DNA from: a virus
Reading direction: 5' to 3' (one strand)
Virus record (IMG/VR): IMGVR_UViG_3300035703_000046
Span: 27,315 to 91,314 of that record
Length of the DNA: 64,000 nt
Below are positions 56,297-64,000 of the stretch, piece after piece; within the stretch, counting starts at the first letter, position 1, and the number at the start of each line of letters is the position of its first letter. The position numbers and the translations under genes are program-made. The notes beneath the pieces were generated by a model that saw only the letters and a list, made by a program, of their open reading frames with translations, did not search any database and was not told the origin of the DNA.

Positions 56297-57184
56297 TTAA
56301 ATTAGAGGCAAGCAATGAGGAGAAAAATAAATTCTTTCTCTTGATGAGTTTTCTTTCCCTCTAGAATCTCCTAAATTAGACATTCCATTAGATTTCCACG
56401 AATAAACTTGCCAGTCTGAAGGAAAATCAAATGAGCCTTCGTACCCACATACGATTACTCTCATTTTAGGATCGTTTCCATGTTGGACAGCCCACTCGCA
56501 CACTTCTTTAAATACATTATTTTCTTGAAGGTAAACTTTATCTCTGTTCTTAAAATCATAAGGAGGATCTAAAAAAACACCGGTAATATCTTCCTTTGCT
56601 AAGGATTTATTCTTGTAAGTAATAGATGGAGTAATGATTCTCTTCCAGTCTCCGCAAGCAATTCTAACTTTTCTAGTTCTTTGTTGAAGGTCTTTAAATA
56701 AATCAGTAATAGATTTAGAAAGATGTATACCGCTGCCAGCACCCGCCAACAATGGGAGTGCATTCAATCCTTTACTCTGAAGCCAATTACTACCTATAGA
56801 GGCGCAAATTCCCCAAATCCACCATCCTGCAATTTTTAAATCATAAAAATCAGGATCTAAAGTAATTTTGTTCGAAAAATCGGTAGTAGATTGAGATACT
56901 AGCCATTTATGACGGGCGTGCAAATCAGCTTCAGTAACTGGATAGTCTGCAAATTTGGCTACTCCATCTGGATCTGAGGAAACTGCCCTCCAAAAATTAA
57001 CAATAAAATGATCTATGTCATTAATTGTCTCCATTTTGGGAATGTTAGGATTTGCTAATAAAACAGCTAAAGATCCGGCAAATGGCTCGATATAATTATC
57101 AATATTACCAAATCCTTTCCAGATAATATTTGCAACTCTAGATTTTCCTCCAAAATATTTATATGGAGGTTTTAATTGGTTCAT
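56297..57184 (-). CDS. DNA adenine methyltransferase (Dam/D12 class)
   Basis: YFGGKS, YIEPFAGS, ETIND, NFW, FLDPPY. Confidence 0.9.
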   Translation of the reverse strand: MNQLKPPYKYFGGKSRVANIIWKGFGNIDNYIEPFAGSLAVLLANPNIPKMETINDIDHFIVNFWRAVSSDPDGVAKFADYPVTEADLHARHKWLVSQSTTDFSNKITLDPDFYDLKIAGWWIWGICASIGSNWLQSKGLNALPLLAGAGSGIHLSKSITDLFKDLQQRTRKVRIACGDWKRIITPSITYKNKSLAKEDITGVFLDPPYDFKNRDKVYLQENNVFKEVCEWAVQHGNDPKMRVIVCGYEGSFDFPSDWQVYSWKSNGMSNLGDSRGKENSSRERIYFSPHCLPLI

Positions 57185-57267
57185 AGTTTACTCATTTAGT
57201 TTTAAAATTCATGTTTCAATATATTGACATTAAAATATAACTCTGACAGAACAAAAGTGGCAATCTT

Positions 57268-59637
57268 ATGAAAAATATAAATAAAATATTAAAAGTTAGC
57301 GAAGAACTATATAAAAAATCATTATGGTCTTATTTCTTTTATAAGAAAGCTGCTAGAGTTGTAGAATACGTGCCATCATCTTCGGGTGGTCAATCTATGG
57401 GTTATTATTCAGGCGGTTATGACGAAGATGAAGAGTCTCTTCAAAAATATTCATATTATGAAAATAATCCACAATCTATTTTAGATAATGGAGCAAAAGA
57501 ATTATTAAAAGACTTATCTCCAAGTGAATTTAAAAATAAATTAAATGAACTAGTTAATAGTTTTAAAACTTGTGCAAATCTTTTTGAACAAGAAGATAGA
57601 AAAGATAAACTTTCTAGCATAGACACAGGAAAGATTAGGAAAGAAAGCAATAAATTTTTTGAAAATTATGAAAAAGTTATTGCTGATAACTATCATACAA
57701 ACGCCCTTATTCAAGGCTGGAAAGAAAATGTAGATGCGGGCGAAGCTGGTAGGGTTATTAAAGATATGTATGAGTTTGTTGAAATAAAATCTCGCTCATA
57801 TGTATCTACTCTTTTCTCCGATCTTATTGAAGAATATGAAGAGTCAATTTCTTCTGGAGAAGACCCTGGCGAAATCGAAGACAGTATTGGAGAAATATTT
57901 GAATCAAAATCAGAAGAGCAAGAGGCTCAGGCAGAACAAAAAACAGAAGGCTTATTAAATAGAAGAAGAGAATCTTCAAAAGAAAGCAAGAAAAAATATT
58001 TAAAAAAAATAAAAGAATATAGACCTTTAACTTCAGATGAAAAATCTAAGCTTCAATCCATGATGGAGGAAATTCAAAAAAATCCTCAAGCCAAACTTAA
58101 CATTATTAAAAGATATAAAGATGAGGCAGAAGCCAAAAATCAACTCTTTATAATGAAAGATTATCATCAATCTTATCTTAATCTTTTAGCACAACAGCGA
58201 GCTTCAAAAAAGAATAGAATTGAAAAATTAAAGAGAGAAGCTTTAGAAGGAAATGAAGCCTCTATTCAAGAATTAGCGGAATTTAAAAGAAAACACTTAG
58301 AATCTAACAAAGATTATTTTAACTGGGAAAAATTATTTAAAGATCTTGGAGATTATATTTTAAATAATTTAGGTATAAATCTTAAAGATGTTTTAGATTC
58401 TTTGGGTGGCATTTCCGGAAAATATAGCATAGATAAACAAATTGAAGGCTTAAAAAATATAAAAAATATTTTAGAAAGTATTCCAAAAGAAAGTGCTGGC
58501 GATGAACGCATTAAAACATTTGAATTAGTTATTAATTTAATTGAAGACATTCAGTTAAGACAAATTCTTAGAAAACAAATCTTAAGCAAAGAAGTAGAAG
58601 AAAGAAGAAGTCATTTAAATATTTCAGAAGAAGAAAAAGGAGCACCCAGAAAATATCCAGGAATGAGATTACCAGGATACGTTCAAGGACTAGAACATGA
58701 TTTGAGCAAGTCCAGATTTGATGTAAAAGAATCTGTAGAAGGCGCGTTAATTAAATTAATTTCTGAAAAAATTACAGATCCTTCTTTTATTTCTACCAGA
58801 GAAAAAGTCAGTTTACTAGAAGGTAAAAAATTAACAGCCATAGAGAAAAAACAAAAAAATATTTTAATTAAATTAATGGAAGAAAATATTAGACAAAATC
58901 CAGAATTTATAAAATATAAAAAATTAATAGAAAATATTACAAAACCAATACAAATTAAGAAAATAGAAGAAAATTTAAAAAATGCAAATTTGCTTTTTAA
59001 AGAATCTATTAAAGCCTTAAAAGATGAAATTAATAAAGATATATTATTAAATAATGAAGAAAAAATAAATGAAATATGTAAAACTTTAAAAATTGATATT
59101 AATTTTAGTTTAAATAAGAAAAAAGAAGAAATTAATAGACAAATTAATTTATTAGAAGGTTTTATCGATCAAGAGTCTGCGGTAGAGACAACCTTATTAC
59201 TTAATCTTAAAAAATTAAAGGAAGAATTAAAAAATAAAATTAAAGAAGAAGCTAAATCTTATGATCCTATAAAAGATATTGCACGATCAACTATAGCATA
59301 TAAAAATTATGCAAAATTTGTAATAAAAATTAAATCAATATATAGTTTAGAAGAAAAAATTGAAGAATCTAAAAATTTAGATCAAAAAGAAAAAAATAAA
59401 ATTGAAGAAATTATAGATATGGGCTCTAAAATATTAAAAATATATGGGTCAATGAAATATTTTCAAAGCGCAGAAAGCTCAAGTAGAAAAACTCAATTTT
59501 ATAAAATGAATACGACAATTGATATATTGTTAAAATATTTAAGAGGATTTTTAGATGATCAAATTGTTATTCTGTCACCTGAAGAAATAGAAGCATCATT
59601 TTCTGCTATGGGATACGAAAAAGCTAAAAAAAGATAA
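57268..59637 (+). CDS. Large K/E-rich coiled-coil protein, possible virion/internal protein
   Basis: 789-aa ORF; N-terminal INKILKVS..FYKKAAR. Confidence 0.6.
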   Translation: MKNINKILKVSEELYKKSLWSYFFYKKAARVVEYVPSSSGGQSMGYYSGGYDEDEESLQKYSYYENNPQSILDNGAKELLKDLSPSEFKNKLNELVNSFKTCANLFEQEDRKDKLSSIDTGKIRKESNKFFENYEKVIADNYHTNALIQGWKENVDAGEAGRVIKDMYEFVEIKSRSYVSTLFSDLIEEYEESISSGEDPGEIEDSIGEIFESKSEEQEAQAEQKTEGLLNRRRESSKESKKKYLKKIKEYRPLTSDEKSKLQSMMEEIQKNPQAKLNIIKRYKDEAEAKNQLFIMKDYHQSYLNLLAQQRASKKNRIEKLKREALEGNEASIQELAEFKRKHLESNKDYFNWEKLFKDLGDYILNNLGINLKDVLDSLGGISGKYSIDKQIEGLKNIKNILESIPKESAGDERIKTFELVINLIEDIQLRQILRKQILSKEVEERRSHLNISEEEKGAPRKYPGMRLPGYVQGLEHDLSKSRFDVKESVEGALIKLISEKITDPSFISTREKVSLLEGKKLTAIEKKQKNILIKLMEENIRQNPEFIKYKKLIENITKPIQIKKIEENLKNANLLFKESIKALKDEINKDILLNNEEKINEICKTLKIDINFSLNKKKEEINRQINLLEGFIDQESAVETTLLLNLKKLKEELKNKIKEEAKSYDPIKDIARSTIAYKNYAKFVIKIKSIYSLEEKIEESKNLDQKEKNKIEEIIDMGSKILKIYGSMKYFQSAESSSRKTQFYKMNTTIDILLKYLRGFLDDQIVILSPEEIEASFSAMGYEKAKKR

Positions 59638-59647
59638 TTAGGATTAT

Positions 59648-59836
59648 ATGAAAAATAAAAAAATAGTAAAAAAATCATTTAAAACTGAATTTCAATTTCA
59701 GCAAGAAATGTTTTCTCAAGAAGAACAAGATATGATTAATAAAATGCTACAAGAATTAGCATCTGAAATAGCTGAAGAGCTAACTGAAGAAATGTTCGCA
59801 GATCTTACAGATGAAGAGAAAAAACTTTTAGAATAA
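59648..59836 (+). CDS. Small acidic hypothetical protein
   Basis: 62-aa ORF with AGGA SD. Confidence 0.55.
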   Translation: MKNKKIVKKSFKTEFQFQQEMFSQEEQDMINKMLQELASEIAEELTEEMFADLTDEEKKLLE

Positions 59837-59859
59837 AATAATTATTAATTTAAAAAAAT

Positions 59860-59895
59860 GAAAAGTCGGATCTTAATATTAAGATCCGACTTTTC
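59860..59895. terminator. Perfect 36-bp palindrome between convergent genes, probable bidirectional terminator
   Basis: GAAAAGTCGGATCTTAATATTAAGATCCGACTTTTC equals its own reverse complement and is flanked by A/T runs. Confidence 0.75.
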
Positions 59896-59920
59896 TTTTA
59901 AAAGAATTATTTTTTAAACT

Positions 59921-60793
59921 TCAATCACAATCGCAGTCGTCAGAATCTCCATATTCGCAATCTTCGCAATCTTCGCAATCGTGTTCTGACCACTCCTCAT
60001 ATTCTTCTGTATCCATGTCTCCAGAACCATAAAATCCATAATCATGAGAATAACAAGGCTCTTTGAATTCATAATCGCACACTCCAAGAACCTTATATTC
60101 GCAAACACGCATCTTTTGATTATTATAGTCTCTTGGCACGGCTACCACATCCTTAGGATTTACTTCCACGTAAAGCAGCTTATCTGTAGCGCTATTGCTA
60201 CTCCCAAAGTGATTACAAGCATAATCAAAGGCAGCTACATGCAAACCATTTGAACAAGTACGCTCAGAATCTTCGTCAACTTCATTGCGAGCCATGGAAA
60301 CTGTAACACCTACAGAATTATCGAAGGTTCCCGAATGAATGTCTTTAAAGTCTTCCTTTACACGCTTATAAGCAATAAAATTACCATTATCAGAAAGTGT
60401 AAACTGATTTGCGTTTAGAAATACAAAAAGCTCTTTAACTGAACGATAAGATGGATTTTGCTGAAGCTTCTTGGCAAAAGCAACCCATGGCTGGTAAGGC
60501 AGTTTCTTGTAATAGAAATCAAGAATATGCTTACCAAGATCAACTGGTACTTGCCACCAAGAATCATTATCAAGCTTAACAAACAGGGAGCCATTTCGCT
60601 CTTCCATCTCACCTTCAGTGATAACTTTTACAGTAGTCTTGCGGTCAAGGGCGTCAACCACTTTTTCCCAGTTATCTTCTTTAATGGCATCGATAACAAA
60701 TTCAAATGATGGATGTTCTCGCAAAACGGTATATGGCATACCATTTCGAACTAGGGTTACAGAATTATTTGTAATTGTATACGGCATCTTCAT
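59921..60793 (-). CDS. rIIB: rIIB-like protein
   Basis: NPSYRSVKELF.FL, G.FIAYKRV, GTFDNSVG..VSM.RNEVD..CS.GLH, V.P.DVVAVP.DYN..KMRVCEYKV. Confidence 0.9.
   Translation of the reverse strand: MKMPYTITNNSVTLVRNGMPYTVLREHPSFEFVIDAIKEDNWEKVVDALDRKTTVKVITEGEMEERNGSLFVKLDNDSWWQVPVDLGKHILDFYYKKLPYQPWVAFAKKLQQNPSYRSVKELFVFLNANQFTLSDNGNFIAYKRVKEDFKDIHSGTFDNSVGVTVSMARNEVDEDSERTCSNGLHVAAFDYACNHFGSSNSATDKLLYVEVNPKDVVAVPRDYNNQKMRVCEYKVLGVCDYEFKEPCYSHDYGFYGSGDMDTEEYEEWSEHDCEDCEDCEYGDSDDCDCD
59954..59980. repeat. (TTCGCAATC)x3 encoding (DCE)3 in the rIIB tail
   Basis: Read directly from the sequence. Confidence 0.9.
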
Positions 60794-60830
60794 AAAAAAA
60801 ACTCCTTAATTATTTTCTCAGGTTAATAGA

Positions 60831-60859
60831 ATTATAATGCTAGAAAATTAACCCGTCAA
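60831..60859 (-). promoter_or_regulatory. Sigma70 consensus promoter for rIIB
   Basis: TTGACG-N17-TATAAT; the -35 overlaps the rIIA TGA stop. Confidence 0.75.
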
Positions 60860-63036
60860 GCGCACATACTTACACCCACGCATGAGTGCGAGGAATTGTT
60901 AAACTTGTCCATCATTTCTACATAAGAATTTACTTTTTCAAAGTCAGAAGAATCAGTATTATAATAAGAAATTGGGAAAAACTTAATCATAGGATACTGG
61001 CGAATAAGGTTTTCAAAAAACTTATCGTAATCATATTCAAATGATTTAATCAAAGATGTAGAATCATAATATGAATAGTCATTCAGATGCTTTGCCAAGA
61101 TTGACATTGAAGAATGATTCCAAACAGCAGAGTATTTGCTTTGTGCGGCTTTACACTTCCTTAGATAAGTTCCAATAAGATTATCGCTAGCTAGATGCTT
61201 TGAGAAAATTTCCAATAGACGAGAGAACTTACTGTTAGAAATTTTTTCATAAACAGCCATGGACTCCAAATAATCTTGCAGAGAATTTAGACCGAAATGA
61301 GCTTTATACTCATCAAACTTTTGATTAACTGCAACATTGAGATGAGTCCAATTACTTGGAACCTTGTCCGTTTTTGATGAGGCAACTCCATAAATCTTTA
61401 CGCCGAGAGCGTTTTGAAGATCTCGAAGATAAGACATGGTTTGAGAACTTACATTGATCGGCTTGTTAGCTTTTAGATCGTAGAAGAAATATACAATATC
61501 TTCAGAAGGAGATACTTCTACCAATGAACGACCATGATCTGCCCGTGATGAAGAATGATCAAATTTATAAACAAAAAGATTCTTCTTATCAGAAAGAGAC
61601 TTACGATTCGTGTAACGGATTGCTTTGTCCGGTGTGATTTCTGAAACTTTTGCATAGCAGATCTCCTGTGCAAACCAAAGATATTTATGCTCTGCAATTG
61701 ATTCCTTGCTATCTCCGATAGTCATAATAACTACATGATTAAGACCACTGGAATCAGAAAGCAATTTGATTGCGTATTTTTTAAGATCAGAAGAAGCTAA
61801 ATCGTTAAACACAATAGTAGCATCTCCACGGCTTAGAATATTTGCAAAGTCTGCGTCAGCGCTTGGATTCTTATAATTTACTGTCTTGGTCTTAATATCT
61901 TTAAATCCATTTGCCAGCGTAACCTTAGAATACCAAGTTAGCCTTGCCTCAGACCCAAACATCGAAATCTTTGGATTGCGATAAACGGGATTTGAATCAT
62001 AATTTACTGCATCAATAATTTTGGATAGCTCAGGAACAGCATCCAAAGCAGTATTGTACTTGATAAAAGCATCTCGATAAGTTAGCTCATTTGCAATCTG
62101 CTCAGAAATTCTAGAATTGATCTCGTCAATGATCGAATCAAGCTTGTCTCGAATTGCCTTGATAGTCCGGGCGTCATAATGCAAAGAATCACGAGAAGCT
62201 GCCAGGCTAAGATCGGAATTATTGAAATGAATTCGAACACACGAATAGCTAAAGAAATTCCTAGCAGGGTGGGAATCAAAATGATTATGAATGTCAATGG
62301 CATAAGGAATACCGCCCATAATAGCATGGGTGCCACGGAAATCATAATCTGTATTACGAGCCAGGTGCCAATCATTACCAGAAAAGACAGTCTTTTCATT
62401 GGAGTACGTGATACTGCACTCTTCTCCGCCCTTAAAGACAGTGGGTCGAACCTTCCAAAACTCCGTCACAAAACGAAGCTTCTCAAGAAAACGCTCTGGA
62501 TCATACTTCTTTACAGGAATAATAATAGTTGTTCCATTAGGCTGATCGGTATCTGCTTCATAAAGGCAGGAAATCTTGCCTCGGCGAGACTCATCAATGT
62601 AAGAAGTATAGGTACGAATTTTACCATCAACAACCGAAGTGATAGTAAAAGAATCGGAATAGGCAAATGCGCTCTTGCTTCCGATACCAAAATAACCTAC
62701 CTGGTCATCAGAATCTCGCTTAGTAGAAGAGGCGTAATTGCAAAAAATCTTTTCAATACGCTCAGGGGAAAGACCGGGACCAAAATCCTGAACCTTAAAG
62801 TACATATCATCATAGGACGGAAGATGTACAATAACCGGAATATCAGACTTTCCAACTTCAACATGGGCATCCCGAGCATTGGTAACATACTCACGAACCA
62901 CGGCAAGAATAGGATCCTTGTAGAGCTTGTTCCGGAGAATCTCCAAAACAAGACCCACGTCACCAATGCCATACTGATGATCCTTAAGAGAACCATCAGT
63001 ATGCGTCTGAACCTTCTGAACAATCAACTTCGACAT
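60856..63036 (-). CDS. rIIA: rIIA-like protein with N-terminal GHKL ATPase domain
   Basis: LYKDPILAVVREYVTNARDAH, DFGPGL, STKR, GYFGIGSKS.FAY, SRDSLHY; upstream of rIIB. Confidence 0.9.
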   Translation of the reverse strand: MSKLIVQKVQTHTDGSLKDHQYGIGDVGLVLEILRNKLYKDPILAVVREYVTNARDAHVEVGKSDIPVIVHLPSYDDMYFKVQDFGPGLSPERIEKIFCNYASSTKRDSDDQVGYFGIGSKSAFAYSDSFTITSVVDGKIRTYTSYIDESRRGKISCLYEADTDQPNGTTIIIPVKKYDPERFLEKLRFVTEFWKVRPTVFKGGEECSITYSNEKTVFSGNDWHLARNTDYDFRGTHAIMGGIPYAIDIHNHFDSHPARNFFSYSCVRIHFNNSDLSLAASRDSLHYDARTIKAIRDKLDSIIDEINSRISEQIANELTYRDAFIKYNTALDAVPELSKIIDAVNYDSNPVYRNPKISMFGSEARLTWYSKVTLANGFKDIKTKTVNYKNPSADADFANILSRGDATIVFNDLASSDLKKYAIKLLSDSSGLNHVVIMTIGDSKESIAEHKYLWFAQEICYAKVSEITPDKAIRYTNRKSLSDKKNLFVYKFDHSSSRADHGRSLVEVSPSEDIVYFFYDLKANKPINVSSQTMSYLRDLQNALGVKIYGVASSKTDKVPSNWTHLNVAVNQKFDEYKAHFGLNSLQDYLESMAVYEKISNSKFSRLLEIFSKHLASDNLIGTYLRKCKAAQSKYSAVWNHSSMSILAKHLNDYSYYDSTSLIKSFEYDYDKFFENLIRQYPMIKFFPISYYNTDSSDFEKVNSYVEMMDKFNNSSHSCVGVSMCA

Positions 63037-63086
63037 ATCACTCTCTTTACGTCAATACATCTGATGACCGCCATCAGATGCACTCC

Positions 63087-63114
63087 AACATAACCCGCCA
63101 AGTTTGCATGTCAA
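63087..63114 (-). promoter_or_regulatory. Sigma70-type promoter for rIIA
   Basis: TTGACA-N16-TATGTT followed by a leader inverted repeat. Confidence 0.65.
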
Positions 63115-63145
63115 GCGCAGCTACGTTGGAGCTTTAATCAATCGA

Positions 63146-64000
63146 TCAAATTTCGTATGGAGATTCGGAGAAGATAATATTTTTAATAGAATTACACCCA
63201 GCGGATTTTAAATCATGAACAATAAATTCTTTTAAAGAATTTTCATTTTTAAATTCAAAAACTTCTCCATCTTTAATTAGTGAAAAAATATTTAATTTTC
63301 TAAATATATCTATTTTAGAAATAATTAAATCAGTAACATCATTAATTTTTAATGAATAAATTAATTTATCCATATCAAGCCAATTTACTTGGCGCTTTCT
63401 TCCCGTAGTAGACCCATATTCGGAACCAGCTTCTGCAATTAAATCAAATCTAGGATCTTTGCCTTGAAATTCTTTTTTTCCTACATAAGTAGAATAAATT
63501 TTAATTGCACCGTAAATTCTACTTATAGAACTAATAGGAACTCCATTCAAAGGAACCGCTGCCAAAGAACAGTGAGTACTAGTTACATAAGGATACTCGC
63601 CAAAGTTAACATCTAAATAAAATCCCTGAGCACCTTCGCCTAAAATAGATACTTCTTTTTTATTTTGAATAATTTGAGGAAAATCTACAACAAAAGGCTT
63701 TAACTCGCTAACATTTTGTACCTGAACGCTAGTTCGAGCGTATTTATCACGAGAGGCTGGTCCAACGCCTCTTTTAGTAGATCCAATTGTTGTATCTTTA
63801 GAATCTTCGGCAATGTGATTATCAGTAATGATACAAGTGTTTACATCAATTTTAACTAAAGACTTAATATCAATCTTTTTAAGATCGTCATGCTTATTGA
63901 ACTGAGATTGAAGAACTTCAATTTCATTAAAAAACGTTTCGGGATGAATCAAACAGTTCCTACCAATAACAGAAGGGACATTAAAAAATATTCCAGCCGG
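63146..64000 (-). CDS. purA: Adenylosuccinate synthetase, short form (5' end outside window)
   Basis: Frame open to the window end (PAGIFFNVPSVIG..); IGSTKRGVGPA, EGAQG, YPYVTS, EYGSTTGRKR, SKID. Confidence 0.92.
   Translation of the reverse strand, partial: PAGIFFNVPSVIGRNCLIHPETFFNEIEVLQSQFNKHDDLKKIDIKSLVKIDVNTCIITDNHIAEDSKDTTIGSTKRGVGPASRDKYARTSVQVQNVSELKPFVVDFPQIIQNKKEVSILGEGAQGFYLDVNFGEYPYVTSTHCSLAAVPLNGVPISSISRIYGAIKIYSTYVGKKEFQGKDPRFDLIAEAGSEYGSTTGRKRQVNWLDMDKLIYSLKINDVTDLIISKIDIFRKLNIFSLIKDGEVFEFKNENSLKEFIVHDLKSAGCNSIKNIIFSESPYEI

Noticed and set aside
57224-57252. TTGACA as a sigma70 promoter for the 789-aa gene
   Set aside because: No -10 box at 16-18 nt spacing; the hexamer lies inside the AATW-N6-CAT motif instead.
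1196-60809. Many 60-105 aa track ORFs nested in or antisense to longer genes (e.g. 1196, 3328, 8040, 10753, 13981, 21692, 31380, 38769, 47610, 60458)
   Set aside because: They overlap well-supported CDSs and show S/F/L-rich antisense composition with no independent support.
62179-63093. 304-aa plus-strand ORF and alternate-frame ORFs at 62082 and 62697
   Set aside because: Shadows of rIIA with no recognisable motifs, explained by the real gene's codon bias.
63146-64000. PurA homolog as PurZ (2-aminoadenine Z-genome pathway)
   Set aside because: Visible motifs are PurA-type (GPA..DK, GSTTGRKR, GTP-type SKID). The diagnostic N-terminal GDEGKG versus GSTGKG lies outside the window, so PurZ is unsupported but not fully excluded.
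1-64000. CRISPR array or cas operon
   Set aside because: No regularly spaced direct repeats seen; the Cas4-like nuclease stands alone.
1-64000. Stop-codon reassignment
   Set aside because: Conserved genes are full length in the standard code, and TAA, TGA and TAG all occur as gene ends.
1-64000. Bacterial chromosome (e.g. CPR or endosymbiont) origin
   Set aside because: Housekeeping genes lack their usual operons (infC without rpmI-rplT, tig and clpP apart with no clpX) and are mixed with rIIA/rIIB, a gp32-like SSB, a dNMP kinase and many orphans. No capsid or terminase gene is recognisable in the window, so phage origin remains a strong inference.

Overview
AT-rich (roughly 30% GC by eye), gene-dense 64-kb segment, almost all on the minus strand, that reads as part of a jumbo/huge dsDNA phage genome in the standard genetic code. 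Replication and recombination genes: DnaE with an intact PHP site, a primase split into separate Toprim and CHC2 genes, gp32-like SSB, RecA/UvsX, RuvC-like resolvase, SbcCD, TopA, UvrD-like helicase and rIIA/rIIB. Host-like translation and proteostasis genes: IF3, bS21, peptide deformylase, trigger factor, DnaJ, ClpP and DksA. RNA genes and RNA-end enzymes: a CCA-adding enzyme, a Thg1-like polymerase, a Pnkp/PrpE-like phosphatase and one atypical tRNA-Thr. Also nucleotide and nucleotide-sugar enzymes, two DNA adenine methyltransferases and many unknowns. Most novel-looking signals: (i) a recurring hydrophobic-x-K-x-A(S) motif in uncharacterised, probably virion, proteins (candidate head-protease site), together with an AATW-N6-CAT upstream motif (candidate phage late promoter); (ii) a structured intergenic element at 45217-45339 hiding a perfect Shine-Dalgarno and a 10-codon minigene; (iii) an AUU-start infC; (iv) a possible two-ended tRNA acceptor-stem repair kit; (v) a PATAN+Roadblock signalling protein. 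All family calls come from motif recognition by eye, not database searches.
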